From contig JAYWIR010000014.1 in the NCBI GenBank assembly GCA_036172245.1, positions 496,001 to 560,000 of the forward strand: a DNA stretch of 64,000 bases, given 5' to 3'. The stretch comes from Raillietiella orientalis. Taxonomy: Eukaryota. The position numbers and the translations under genes were made by a program. The notes below the pieces were generated by a model that was not told where the DNA came from, ran no database searches, and was given only the letters and a program-made list of their open reading frames with translations. Positions 37,760-51,300 of this stretch are shown one piece after another (the first letter of the stretch is position 1; the number at the start of each line of letters is the position of its first letter).

Positions 37760-39300
37760 GGATACCGCGACCCTCTCCCCTAGGAACTCCGACAGGTGTC
37801 CTCGTTTCCTTCCCCTCCCTTCTTTCCCCCTTGAAGGACACAGGACTCTCTCGTGACGTGGTCCTTGGCATCCTCCCTTACCAGCACTCCCTGCCTTTCA
37901 CCCCATCTGAAAAGAACAGCAGCGCCACCTCCGAACGAGCGGGCACTTGGTTCACGCCCGCCAACCCACTCCCCCGCTCACAGCCCCGATCCCCGTAGTG
38001 CCTTCGAACACTGAGAAAGTCAAGCAGCGCGTGCAAATACACTCTTCAGGATCCGACGTCTCCTGGAATATCCTGGACAGGAGGGTGGGATGGAAGATGG
38101 AAGTTCTTCGTTGCTCGCACTCAGAGGGCTTCCTTCTCAGCGGCGTCTCCATCACGCCCACGGAACAGAAAGGATCCGCGCCTTGAGTGAAAGGGAGCCG
38201 TCCGGGGGAGCGATCTGCAGGTGGGTCCTCGCAGAAGTCTTGTTCCCCTCTTCCCCCAAGGAGGATCGAGTGACCAAAGAGCGGTCCCGTTTCCGTGGAG
38301 GTGTGCACAGGGAGCCGAGTGGGGATGGGGAGAGGGAGCAGAGGAAGGAGAGGAAGGAAGCCCTGGGTACCTTCCCGGGTAGCCCTCAGGATTGGACTTT
38401 CGTTCGGCCCTTCTGTCCGCGGCCTCTGGCTGCGGCAGTTGAAAGCCTCCAGCAGGAGTCTTCGTCCCTGAGCCACCTTGAGCTATCGTTCTCCACTCTT
38501 ACTCCCCTTGGGTACGCGCAGCAGCTCGTGATTCCAGACGTGTCCTGGAACATCCTCCTTGAGGAAAAGGGGGAGGAACCCCCATCAGGGACGAGATTCC
38601 CCGAGATTTCGTACCTCATCTTCTCTGGTTAACCGGAACAGCAAAGCCAGGAGGCGCAGAGAAAGGGGGAGAGGCAGTGCACATCGAAGGCGAGAGAAAC
38701 AGAGCCGGCTGGAGTCTCTTCCGCGCCGCCGTTCTCTCTCTCAGAAGGATCTCTCCCTTGCATCCTGAACGAATGCTCCTCCCTCATCCCTCCTGCGCGC
38801 TCCACGCGCTGCTTCTTCGAGGGATGGAGATCCTCCCTTTGGAAGCCTCTTGCGGAGAGGCGCCTGCGCCTCCTGCGCTGGAAGGACGCGGGGCATCTCG
38901 GGAGGGGAAAGAGAGTTTTCTGAGGGGAGGGGAAGAGGGAAGGGGGGAGAAAAAAACTCCGAATCCTAGCAAACTGAAAAATCTCAGCACAAAAAGAGGT
39001 TTTCCCTGGACCATCCTCCGAGGACCGTTTGCGTTGTCGCTCGCACCCTGTCGCTTCTTTCTCTTCTCCAGAGAGTCTCGTCTTGTGAGCAGGGAGAGGC
39101 GCGACCTCGTCAGCCTGAAGGACCTGGCCGTCTCTCCCCTCCTCTTCCCACCCTTCATCCACCATCAGCGGTTTGCTAATAGAGACGCTCCTGGCATTCG
39201 CGTATTGGGAGGAGAAAAAATAATCTTTAACCAGCTGCATCCGGTTGCACCGCACGTGCGTGAGCGCAAGGCTTTCTCCTCCTTGACGACATCTGCAACC
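37760..39300 (-). mobile_element. Decayed LINE 5' part (ORF1 knuckle remnant, APE endonuclease, linker)
   Basis: VRCNR..SSQYANA (knuckles), then EKMRYEISG..PDGG, ITSCCAY, RRLLLEAFNCRS (llGDFN.hs), IPTRLPVHTST and EDPPADRSP (SDH.P). Confidence 0.7.
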
Positions 39301-39689
39301 GGATTTCTTCCCCCACCCCTCCTCCTCTTTCTCCTCCTCCTCTTCCTTGCCAAACAAACCCCTGGGACTCTGACTTCCAAGGAGACGAAGGAGGTCGGAT
39401 GGAAGAAGGAGAGGAAGGGAAAGAAGAAGCTAAAGGGGAAGAAGGGGGGAGGAGCAGCCTCGCCACCGGAGAGCAAAGCCTGCCCTTGACCAAGTGCTCT
39501 CCGAGAACCCGTAAGACGAGCTCGGTGGCAGAAGAAGAGTTCCTGGTGACGAAGAGATGCGAAGGTTGCACCGCATCTGTTGCCGAAGGAACGGGATGCG
39601 CAAGTTTGCCAAAGAATGCTACCTCCCTGTCTCTTGTTTGTTTGCTTTCTTTCCCGTAGCAAGGAAGGGGAGCTTTGAGGACATCATGG

Positions 39690-41450
39690 GATAGCTTAAG
39701 GACGCTTTTCTAGCAAAGGATGCACAGGGATGAAAATCTTCAAATTTTTCTTCAGGGCCCTCAAGCGCCACGAAGGAGGGCGCCAGCTGTTCAGTGCCGC
39801 AAGCTGAAGGCTTCTCGGAGCAGTTCGTCCCGCTGTCTCCTGGATATAAGGAAGGCGAATTTTCGGGATTGTTCGAAAGATGGCACTAGGTACACCATGT
39901 GGGTGGTGTCCGCTCCGAGTCCCCCTTAGGGAAAAGAAGGTAGAGCAGAGGAGAACGTACCGTCAGAAGCGATGCCAGGGCGAAGCCGGTGTGGTCGGGC
40001 GCACCGGACGCGACGCCAGCTGTCGCAAAGCACCGCGCGCAACCACGGCGCCGGAGATCTCGCAACCACAAAGATTCTTCGAGTCCGACGCCTGATCGGA
40101 CCGAACGAAAAGCCCGCCCGGACTCCATGCTACGGACAATGCAGCAGACCAGGGGCAGTCCGGGAAGCTGAAGACGTCCGTGATAGAAAAGGAGGGAGAG
40201 AGTAGCCGGCAGCTCTGGAGGGAAAGACAGGATAATGAGGTGCTCATGACTTGGGGAGGAGCTTTGATCCGGGAACGCCTATCTTTCATGTAGCCTTCAT
40301 CTTCGCCAGAAGAGGATGACCTCTGCGCTGATGAGGACGAATGTGTTCTTGGAATCTTGAAGGATCCTTTGGTGAGCCTCTCCCTCCCAGTATAGGTGAG
40401 CTCTACCTAACCAAGGATGATGATGTCTTCTGACAACGGGAACCCTCCCGTCATGGCAAGTGCGAGATCTTAGACCAGCACTCACATAAAGTGACTGCAC
40501 TCTATGGTGTTCGAGCTTTAGGGAGATCTTGAAACATGAAAATGTTCCAAGGAAGGCGACCGTGTCCTCTATGTACAAAGAAGCGGTCTTCAAGAGGACG
40601 TGCCGGCGAAAAGAGAGGGACATAGGACAGCCATGTGCTTTCCTCTTCTCTCCGAGGAATTCGAGCTTTATTTCGTGCGATCCTGGCACCTGATATCTTG
40701 AAATCCCCAGAAACCAGACATCCTGCAAGAACTGGAAACAGCTAATGAGAACCTGCTCTCAGCAAGATGATGACATCGTCCGGCATCCAGCACAGCCCGG
40801 AATCCTGCTGATTTCACGGACCAGGGCATTCTTCCGAACAGCTGAGAGGATGCCGATTCATTCGAGATGTCAGAATAAGAACTGCCTCCCCTTAGCCTCC
40901 CGCCTATCCAAAACCCAGACAGTCGAACTTTGCCCTGACGGCAAAATTCCGAATTACCGTACCCAAGGCTGAGGACTCGGATCACGGAGGCAGTTCCGCT
41001 TGAAAAACCCACCCTTGCCCACTTTACCAGATTAGCTTTTCTTCAGCAAGGAAGAAGCTGTTAGACAAATCGATGGAGCGGTGGGAGTTATGGAAAACGT
41101 CTCCGTTACGCTTCCCCATGGAATCCCCAATCCTCCGAGGAATTTTTCTGCGCTGAAAGCTGCGTCTGCTCCTCCTTGACTTACGACTGTATTGTCGAGG
41201 TTGCCCATCTCCTATCCTTATACAACGTCAAAACGCACCTTGCCTTTTTGTCCTGGAACCATCTCGAATAGGAGAGGAGCAGCAGCACACTAGTTTCTCT
41301 TTACCTGTTGAACATTCCACGCACCAGGCGTGTGCGTCATCTAGTGTGCATCAGGCAAGTGTCTGAAGTCCATCATGGGAATTTGGGAGGAGCCACGCTA
41401 GACACGTCCACCTCAACCTCCTTCTTCCCATCCCCGCATCACTCGAACCC
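39690..41450 (-). mobile_element. Decayed I-group-like LINE (linker, RT, RNase H start)
   Basis: DAAFSAEKF, GDVFHN..LIW*SG, ASVIRVL, KSAGFR (QaGFR), HGCPMSLSF (QGcp.Sp.lF), SLYIEDTV (lYADDt), HHPWLG, PASPW and TEQLA..VAL..KIF. Confidence 0.75.
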
Positions 41451-42030
41451 GAGCCATGACCAATAGTGCACAGACGGATTCCTCGGAGAGAAGAGGAAAT
41501 CTGCAGATCTATCTCTGGCATTTCCCAACAGGAACCGTGACCAGAAGAATAGCACCCCTCTGGAACACTACTTCTCGGAATCCGTTGGAGAAGGCCGCTC
41601 CCTTTCTGTCTTCCCTGTGACCCCTGTGCCTCTCGCTTGGCTCACGATGATGCTAATGACAAGGGCACTGCTCCCCCTTCGCGAAGCTTTCGAAAGACCG
41701 GTCCAGGGAAAATTCCTCTTGCAGGCACGTTCCTTCTCGGCCACCTGGAGTGAGCGAAGACCTCTTCGGACCAGCCTTTCCTTGTTTGCTCAGGATCCAG
41801 TCTACCGTTACCACGGAAGCGGAGAAGGCGCTTCCATCTGAGCGAAGCAAGCTGCCAAAGCAAAGACCCAGTAGTATTCTCTTTCCTCCTGAGTGAAAAG
41901 AGGAAGGATGCTGTAAGATTGGGAGATGTTAGGCTTCGCGCGGTTAGTCTTGTAGAGTTGGCATCTGCAAGAAGAGGCAAACGTCGCGGGCTGCCGCGAA
42001 TACCCACGTGGAAGACGACGAGCAACACGT
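41450..42030 (-). mobile_element. LINE linker/RT-start fragment, homologous to 44687-44780
   Basis: About 100 bp at 41705-41802 (agggaaaattcctcttgca..tccttctcggccacctgg..cgaaga) aligns directly with 44687-44780. Translation LQEEFSLD..RGSSAL resembles the pre-RT linker. Confidence 0.5.
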
Positions 42031-42074
42031 ATGCCCGCTACATGAGGCGGCTAGGGGTCGGATACGATTCGCTG

Positions 42075-44850
42075 TCACTTGGGTGTTCCGGGGAGTTTAT
42101 TAAATGTCAAAAATAAACATTTACAAAGATTGGGGTTGAATCGGTCCGACCAAGGCTGTTTCAACGGGAACCTACCGGTTACCGGTTCGCAGATCGGTGA
42201 GGTCCGCCACTGAAGCATAAGAGAAGGGGCAAACAAAAAGAAAAGGAAAAAAAGAAAAAATAAATAAATAAACTTTGAGAGGATGCGGGAAGGGATCACG
42301 TCCTGCTGAGGGCGGTCCTCTGCACGCTTTCGAGTATATCGACAAGCTCTTGCTGCATAGTCCTTCAGGTGGGGCAATCTCGTTGCCATCCTCATGAATC
42401 AAACGGCAAAGTGGATGACATACCTGCCGCGCGGTCGTCCTCTTGAATCGCTCCAGGCCGTTATAATCCCTCCTATGCAGCAGGAGCTACTAGCGAGGCT
42501 GTGGGCCGAAGTGTGTCGAGAACGAGGAGGGGTTTCAGAGAGTCCCTGGACCTGCCGCCGCGGGTTCCTATGGTCGCGGCAAAGTGTTCCCAGAGGAACC
42601 GGAGGGCAACAGTATCCACCTGAAGATGAGGGTACGTATTCGTCGGGGCACGTTCGCGGCCGATGATCCGTTGACCAGCCAGAAATCGACCTCACTTTCC
42701 GCTTCTCCCGCACGTCAGTTGCGTGACAGTGGGACGGACTTTCAAGATCCCCCCGTGGAGGCACTGTCGAGCCATTCCGACTTTCCAATGGGGTGAAGAT
42801 GCGATTCTTGAATACTTGGCGAATCTCCCTCCCTCCCTTTAAAAAAAAAGAAGAGAAAGGAAAGAAAGAAAAAACAGAAAAGAAAGAAGAAAAAAGATGG
42901 AGGGACGCTGAAAGCAGCCAAAAATGGAGAATTTGAGGATTCCACTGTCCTGCTGCCCGCATTGGGGCCAGCCGTCGTTTTCAGGCTGCAGAGTCCTCCG
43001 TCCTGTCCACCTGCAGGGCGGCGCTGTCTCACGGTTTCCGCATACAGAATGGATTCCGGCAGAGAATCGCGCAGGTGGAAGAGAGTGCTCCGAGAAGCGG
43101 AAGCATTCGATGGTCTTCCCGTAACAACAGGGAGGAATCTTTAAAGAGTGAGGCGACGATTTCCCTGAGGAGTTAAGATGCTGCGAAGAGCAAAGGAAAG
43201 TTGGGAATCTACTTACCGCATCGGGAGAATTAGCGACGCCCATCTCGGACAGCGCAGCTGCTGCAGCAACGAAGGGGATGATGTTCACGAGAAGCGGAGA
43301 GGAGAACGCGACGGAACCGATTCAAGAGACCCAGCCGAAGCATCACGGACAACTGGAATCCCTAGGCAGCTAAGAGAGGATCCCGGAGTAAGATCAGCCC
43401 CGAACGAGACAAAACCTCCGGTCGTGTGATCCAGAGAAGGAGCTCACGTATACAAGCGGGAGACGAAGGCAGTTAGAGGAACTTCTCGAAAATCGGGGAT
43501 TTAACGTGAGATGTCTTCCTTCATCTCTGGGAACCATAAGGTCAGCAAAGAGTCCAGCAATAGATTATTTTGCACCTTCTCTGTCTTCCTGGAGAAATTC
43601 AAAAAATCTCCTGGATCTTTAATTCTTTCTCTTCATCCTTATGAGATGGAGAATGCGCACAATCAGCCCAACTCTATCAGATAGGGAGTGTTTTTTCAAA
43701 GAATTTGGGATTGCATAAAGGAAGGGAGGGATTTCCCTCAACTCCCTCCATTTCCTCGGCCTTTCGTATTCTCTGGCGTGAAAGTGTCAAAGCGCGGAGG
43801 TGTTCCTTGTGGAGATGCAGGGGCTTCGTCAGAAGATTCTCCTTTTCCATGGTTCCGACTCTCCGCCCTTCGTGAGGCAACCGAGGGAGGGAGTTTCTGT
43901 CGTTACGCAAAGCCTGCTTGTTTGGGCTTCAGCTCTGCGCAGAGTTGGATCTTAATGACGTTCTCCTGGAGACTCAGCTGTGTAGGTCCGCACTCAGTTG
44001 TGTACTGGGCGGTGCGTCCAGAAGACGTTCCGACTGCCTCCATTATTGGACGATACCGCCATCCTACTGCTGCAGAAGACGGCAAGTTTGGGATGTGACC
44101 CTAGCGTGTTCAATCACTGCTCGAGGCATTCTCTCCTGTGCAGCCGGCCAACACTGCTCAGTGCTTCACCGATTGAAGGCGACGATGGGATGAAGACACG
44201 GTTTCCGCGCACCGGTGATAGCTGCCCAGCTGCTTCCTGCCCCGGAAAAACTCATTTCGATATTGGACTCGCATTTCCGTGCGCATCTGGTGCTGCGGAG
44301 AGGGAGAAGAATGGTCACCCTGGACGCTTTCTGTCTCTTCGAGAGCACCCCGGACGTGTTCAACAGTGCTCGAGAAAGACAGAAGACGAAGACCTCGCTA
44401 CCTTCCTGTCGACGGTGGATCTTCAGAAAACCATCAGAGCCTCATAGTTGGGGACTCTTTTCGAGAATGGAGTGATCTACGGCAAGTTCTGGGATCCCCC
44501 GAATGAAGAGGGAACGCTGGATATGAGGATCCTCAACAAAATGAGGCTCCTCGTGGCTTGCTTTAACATTCAGTATGGCCGCGATATGCACTGGAGCCAT
44601 AGACTAGGACATTCTTTCCATGAAGGAATTGACGAAAACATTGCATTTCAAGAACTGACCGAAGATTTTGGGAAAGGAAAAGATCTAGGGAAAATTCCTC
44701 TTGCACTCACAATCCTTCTCGGCCACCTGGGGTGGACGAAGATCTCTCCGTACTTCACTTGTTTTCTCAGGACCTGGTCTGAGCAGAAGATGAAGACACG
44801 AAGATGAAAATTTTCAGGATAGTAAAGATCAGGGATGGTGATCACTACCG
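42075..44850 (-). mobile_element. Decayed I-group-like LINE 3' two-thirds (RT, RNase H, CCHC, 3' UTR)
   Basis: PY*MLKQ, ITPFSK, GVLSKRQKASR..RSTR..ESNIEMSF, SLQENVIKIQLCAE, CYGKT..HSV, PSHC..ESEVDF (WvPSH...GNE.vD) and LERFKR..PLCRL..E (C-terminal knuckle), then a (TTTA)n tract and AATAAA at 42096-42101 on the minus strand. Confidence 0.7.
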
Positions 44851-44864
44851 CGGGAGTTCATCTC

Positions 44865-45025
44865 ATCCCTATCTATTTATTGATACCGACTTACTGATTT
44901 CTTGCTCTTCCTCTTCACTTTACCTAGTTCCATCCCCAGTGAGGTTCATACCCTCCGTTCGGTCCAACCCGGACACCGAAACCTTTCCTTGTCGTAAAAA
45001 TTGTGCTTATTATTTTTGAATAAAT
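44865..45025 (+). mobile_element. Solo 3' UTR copy of the same I-group-like LINE family
   Basis: tatctatttatt..cagtg..ccgtt..cggacaccga..cttgtcgtaaa..tgt..aataaa parallels the minus-strand reading of 42270 to 42096. Confidence 0.4.
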
Positions 45026-46849
45026 AGTGCAGCAAGGTGAGGTGCGGCTTCAGCTGTATTCGTGTCTGCATCTCGGCTCGACAATCAATGTACTTGGTCG
45101 AGATGGTCTGGTGATGGCTTTAGACTTAGAGAGATCCTGCAGGTTTCCCGATTAGAAACGAAGCACCAATCTGGGTTTCTCTTCTTCCCTCCAGGATAAC
45201 CTTAGAAAATCTCAGGATGTTGTCAAGCGACTCCTCAAGAATGTTTCTCCGGTAGCAGATGGTGGTTCACAACTAGGGCTGGCCCGGGGGAGTCAGGGGG
45301 ATGTTCACGCTTCGACTTATGAATCTTCCTGTTTATGAGAGGAGGGATGATACCTTCTCATCTTAATCTGGAGTTTTTCCTCCGGAATGTGGTGGCATTT
45401 CCCAACAGCGACGCGAGCACTAGCGGGAGCACTCTTGTTTTGCGCAGCGCGCGTGCGCGGGATGAGAAGCAGCCCGACTTCCAGCTGGAGGAATCAGGAA
45501 GCTTCCTCGAGACTGGGCTCAGCGCCGACGCCTCTCGAGAGCCCACGATGGTGAGCAAGGAAAGAGGAGGGAATTTCCGAGATGAGTCCTTCGGGAGATG
45601 CCCTCGGAGGCAGTGGCGTGCGCGCACTGAAGAAAGAAATGGTGCGAAGAGATGCATGCGGGCGTGATGAAGCCGCCTCCGATCAGCTTCCATTCTGGAC
45701 CCCCAGCCTGGCTCTGCGGCGTGGAGTGCGCGGGAGGAAGAAAGAAAAAAGAAAAAGTCGCGGTCCATCCCATCGATCCTTGACTGCAGGAACGCTTCTG
45801 CTCCCGCTCCTAGACGGATGATGCATCTGCGCCGCTACGTCTCTCTCCCTCTCTTTTTTTTTTTTTTTTCGTGCTCACGTGCTGCGTGTCCTCCCCTCCT
45901 CCCTTCCTCCAGTTCCAACCCGGCGAAGGATCATCGATCCTGGCTTGACACGGAGCTGCCCTGGAGTTCCGCGCGGTCCCTTCCCTTCCCGGAACGCCAC
46001 CAGTGAGCAGCCCCGTTGTTGCGCAGGGGAACACCGCCGGTCAGCTCCTCCTCAAGAGAAGCGAAAATCAGGAAGGGACCCGCCCGCCCTTTCGCCGAAA
46101 TCCTCCGGAAGGGATGAAGCGCCTCCGGGGCGCTGAGTTGGCTGAGGAGACGAACCTCGGAGGCTCCTCCCTTTTGCCTCGGGGATGAGTAGCCCCGGAT
46201 TTTTTTTTCCGGTTCCGCGAGAAGGGGTAAAAGAAAAAAAAAAGGCAGGAAGTGGGGAAGCGGAACCCCCTCTCGTGCTCCGTTGCTCGTGGATTCTTCC
46301 GGTTGCGGGCAACGACCGCGTTCCGGGATCACAGGAGGCCACGATCGATGACGCGCGGCTCGTGATTGCGGGCTGCAGCGCTTCTCGGGCATCTCTGGAT
46401 GGGATTCTGAGGGCAAACCAAGCGGGTGTAGAGCGGAGGGGAAGCGTCTAACGCTCCCGGGGGCGCAAGGTTTCAGAGAGCTCCGCGACCTCCGCAGAGG
46501 AGCAGCGGGGAAGATCCGCTTTTCCCGGCCACGGGGAAGGAGTCTGCAGTTCTCGGGGCTCAGCGGGGTCTTGGGGTGAAGGTCCTCGGCGGGGACTCGA
46601 TCTTCGTCCTGAGGGGGAAATTTACACTCGTCTCCCGCGAAGATCGTGTGGCGTTCGAGACTGCAGGTGGGGAGGTCAAGATGACCGAAAGGAGAGGGGA
46701 GAGGAGAGAGATCGCCCCTTCCTCCCCTCCTTCCGATCCTACACTCGGGATAGGTCGCCTACGCGGCAGTGCTGCACGCTCTCACTTCACAGCTTCTCCC
46801 CTTCGATAGACCTGGAGAAGACAGTGACCTCCTCGAAGCCATGCCACGA

Positions 46850-48200
46850 GATCCTGTCGCTAGTTGAGGGTCACCAGGTCCGTAATGCCCGCACTCGAAG
46901 TGCGAAGTCTTTCCGTACGTGTCGAACAGACTGCGGCATCAGGGGCAACCCCAGGACAGTTTCCATGCGACGGTAGAGAAAGCTTCTGGAGCCCGAGCAA
47001 GCATCTGCTTCACCTCTGGAAATCTCTACCTCCTGCATCCACAACTTTGTCAAGAGAAGACGGAGTATCCGAAGTTCACCATGGACCGAGATCTGCATAC
47101 TGGACGCGGAGGGTCTAGTACGGAGGAACAGGGGAACAGAGACAGGGAAGTTATCCGCTGAGCAAGATGAAGTCCGAGGAGCAGGAGCTGCTGTGCTCCG
47201 ACGATGATGAGGCGTACTGAGAAAAGTCCTCGCTGACCATCCCGATGGACAGCCGCAGGCTGCAGAGAGGCGCGGCCGACGATCACCGCCGAGCACCCGT
47301 GGCTCTTCTGCTCGCGCGAAGCAACGCTCCATTTCTCCGGTGAAGCACTTGGAGCTCTCAAGGTCTCCGCGTGCGCCGCTGCTTCGGCTAGCGGCGCGCG
47401 AGTCAGGGAGACTCCCAGGAACCGAGCGGAAATGAGAGGCGCCAACGAGGGCGTGCGGGGCGATACACCCGCAATGGTCAGGAAGGCGCAAGTAGTCGCT
47501 CCCCTCCATGCCGGTCCCGTCCCGAGAGGAAGCCCTCAGTGGAGCCTCTCTTGCCCCCTACCTCCTCCCAACCAGTCTATGAAGGTCAGCGGAGGCAGGT
47601 CACCGCGAAAGCATCGGCTGGACTCTGCGCACCGCAGCCAAAGGAAAAAAAAAGAAAGTAAGAGGCTCGCCATCGGCAGAGGCGAAAAAGCCTCGTCGCC
47701 CGTCCAGCTCTCAGAGCTCCCCCGACTTGAGGGAATCACCCGGGTGGATTGCACAGGCGACTCACTCGGGAAAAGGTGCAACGGCGAGTCTGGAGACGAG
47801 CATAGGAATCGGATGCCCCAGCCACATTCGTTCAGATGGAGTAGGTCCGCTCCTTCAGCACCTCTCCAAATGTTGAAGGATCGGACCCTCCATTCCAGGA
47901 GTACCCTCCAAGTCGTACTGATGAATTTGGTGTGTAGCCACCTCTCCAGAGAGTGCAGAGAAGCGAGCCGATCCCTTCGGGGAAACCAGCCACGCAGCTT
48001 TTCTGAATTTCGTAAGCGTACCTCCGGAGTTCCCCTTCGGAGATAACCAGGGTGAAGGTATCCTTGCAGGAACCTCCACAGGCATGAGAGGAACGGACTC
48101 CAATTCCTTCCTGGATGCATATGGCGGACCCATCCCGGGGTACCCCTCTATCTTGAAGAATTACACGCACACTCGGGTGGCTGGAGCAGCGTCAAAGAGC
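46850..48200 (+). mobile_element. Decayed LINE (EN end, linker, RT start)
   Basis: EHPWLFCSREA (PWw..c..A) and RSAPSAPLQMLK..LMNLVCSHLSRECREA..SEFR (fN.i...lP.eWreA..yRP), then HERNGL. Confidence 0.55.
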
Positions 48201-48879
48201 TGCGTGATCCGTCGCCAGGGGCGTGACGGCTCTTGAGGTACTCGACGAACCAAGAAAAAAAGAAATTCTGAAAAAAAAAAAAAGCTGGAAGGAAAACAGT
48301 GAAGATTGAAAGAAAAAAAAAACTGAAGGATTTCCTGCCGGAGGATCAGGAAGGACAGAAGAGCGAAAAGCAGGCGGGAAGCGACTCTGCAGCCAGTGAG
48401 GGCGTCATCCAGGAACCGGCGCAGGAGACCCGCGCTGATCCCGCCGCGAAAGCGGGATCATTGAGTCAAGAGCTGCTGCTCCGCGACAGCGGCTGGGTCT
48501 GCAGTCACGCGCGCCCGGCATCCGGAAGCTGCGCGCGGTGATGGCGCCAGTAGTGGGTCTTTCATCGGAGTGCTTCCCCGCGATCGTCGCTGCTATCAGG
48601 AAGCAGCCCTGGGGCTTCACCCACAGACGTCATCTTCCTTCCCTCAGAAGGACGAGGAGGACTTTGGAGGCTGCCTGTCTGGCGCATCTCGAAGGAGGAC
48701 ACGTCAGGGACAGGAAAAGAGCTCTTTCTCGGTTCTTTCGAAGATCCGGGTAGGAAGGAAGGACGGAGAAGGAAGGAGGAGGAGGAAATCACGAAGGATG
48801 AAGATCCACCGGATGAAAGAGGATGAAGGGGTGCGTCAGAATCTCCTCCGGAATGAATTGTTCATGGCACCATCTTTCG

Positions 48880-51300
48880 TTTTTTCTTGAGGAGATGCTG
48901 GTTGTCTGATCCAGCTTGGGGTTCATTCCGCAGCGGGAACAACCTAGCAGAAGCTCATCAGCTGCCGACTGGCGTGCTTTCCAGGAGCGGCGGACAAAGT
49001 CAATCGACCAGCTCCCGCAAAGTCGGCTCCTGAGGATCCCACAACAGTGTCTTCTTCTCTCCTTCCTCCTCCTCCTCCTTCACCCTCTCCCCAAATGCCA
49101 TCTCGGCAACCACTCTTAAGCGGCAACGCATGCTCACTGATGTTGGTACTCATCGCATCTCTCCGATGAGCGCTTTGAGAAACTTGGCTTCTGGAGATCG
49201 CCACGACTTCTGCGCGTTTTCCTCCTTCTCTCGAACACCCCTTTCCTTGGTCACTGATATCCTGGCTGTTTCTGTTCCTGTAGTGTCAGGGTTGCTCGTC
49301 TTAGACAAGCGGCCTCCGCCGACCGATATTAGGGACGCACGTGCTCCTCTGTCCTAAATGGAAGAGGCTCATGAGCCCTGCCGCCTCGACTCAAAGAGGC
49401 TTCACGACCGAACTCGAAGGTTTTTGATGAAAGAGGGACTCTTTTGTCTTCGAGACGTCTTTGGAAGACGAGAGCCAGCGATCGGGAAGTGTCGGCTGCA
49501 CCCCTTTGAATGATGGCATGTCGCACCGGCGGGAACCACGTCTCGCACATTTATCGGAAGGAGCTCTCCGATAACGTGGCTTGGGATTTCCGGCGGGAAA
49601 ATCGGAGACGGCTGTCGTCGCGCTTCCAAGACACCGCGGGATGCAACTTTGCAGCCTCCTGAGCAGATTTCACCCTGCGGAAGGAGCAGCCGGAGATTTT
49701 CGGACGGCTTACTTGCGTGACCATCACCTGGAAGGAGGGACAGCAAAACTTTTTCTTCAAAAGTTCCGGAGGGTTTCACATGCTTCTGTTTGCATTTGCA
49801 AGTTGCTTCAGAAGAAAGAATGCTGATCACATCTTGGGATGTATGTTTTTCTTTTTCTTCTTCTTCTTCTCCTTCCGGTGCAACCTCTGAAACTCTCCGC
49901 GTAAAGTAAGTGGCTTCGAAGAACGGGGCTTAGGAAAGCGTCCTGCAGAGAGAGCAGAAGTCTGGAGTTAATCTGCAATGTTCTCAAGAACAAAAAATCA
50001 AAACCTTCTGATCCGATGCTGTTTTCTTCCTATTTATGTCTTGCACCTTGCTAAAGCAAGTCCCTTGCTATCCGATTCCATCTCCATCCATGTTTTATTT
50101 ACCAAATGAGGACGCAGTTTCATACTACTCTCCGGGAAGATCAAAATCGATTTTCGCTTCCATCCTTTTGCTTGTTTATTTACCATCGGAAACTCTCAGT
50201 GCCGCGCTTTCGTCGACTAGCAGCATCCTCGACAGAAATCTTACGAAGATTGTTTTGACTGCTCGTGCCCTACTGATCTTCAGTCACATCCTAGGAAACC
50301 AACAGTTCCAGATCTGAAGGAAACAGATGTCAGCTGCGATCGTTAAAACTGGGTCTAGGTATGTTTGCAGCCTAAGAACTCCGAAAGACATTCATTCCCG
50401 TCTTGGATATGCTGCGAATCCAGTCATCATGGTTGATTTGGGAGCTAAGAAACGATTTTTTTCTTTCAAACTGATTTACTGGCTAGAGGATGATGAGAAA
50501 CCTATTTATAGAAGATTGCGATTTGGGGAACGCTGGTGGAAGCCGATAGCAATCCCAACGCGCGAATCGGTGTTAAGAGCTAAGAGCGGGGGCGAAAGAC
50601 GAATCGAGCCATCTGCTTGCTGGTTCTCTCTGAAGTTTCCCTCAGGATAGCCAGCACTCATAAAGCAGTGTTTTGCCCTGCAAAGCAAAGGATTCAAAGC
50701 CTCGAGGTCAAAATATCCTCGACCTCCTCTCGAGCTCGAAATGGGCGAAAAGTCCGGCTTGCTTGAAGGCTGAAGCCCGTGGCGCTACTGCCAATTATTG
50801 TAGGCAGGACTGGCATCGGGAGATGAACCCAGCAGCGGGATACGACGCGAAGCTCGTCGGATCTCATGGAAGGTGTTGGTTGCACTGGACAACGGGACGA
50901 TGGCTGCGGAAGTCAGAATTCTCTAAGGTGTTGGCAACGACTCACCCGCTGAAGCAATCGGTACTGGAGATGAATGACTCTCGAGTGCCGAGACAGAGCC
51001 ATCCCTGTCCTCCGGCGATCCATCGGAATACGACTTAGGCTTCAAAGAGCAGTAAGGTGGCATCGACACGCGCAGGAGGGTTCGTGCAGGAGCTCGCCTG
51101 GGGCTGCCGTCGACACAAATCTTGGGGGTGATGAGAAGTGCTTCAGCGAAATCTCAGAGGTCTGATGAGACCACAAAGGCGACAAGGGGAAGTTCCCGTG
51201 GGGAAAGTCTTTTAGCCTGCATGCCCCAGTCGATCCTAAGTTCCTGGAGAAATCCTTGGGGAAGCACAACTTTGCTTAAAGTGAAACTGTCTAATTTTTG
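48880..51300 (-). mobile_element. Decayed I-group-like LINE (RT plus RNase H)
   Basis: ASRTFRPF..EDILTSRL, TIAADICF (yADDi), LKIS, VSRPKISG..SA..KL, AEVVAISR (AEl.AI), STNISEHAL and FC*VVPA (f.WVP). Confidence 0.6.
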
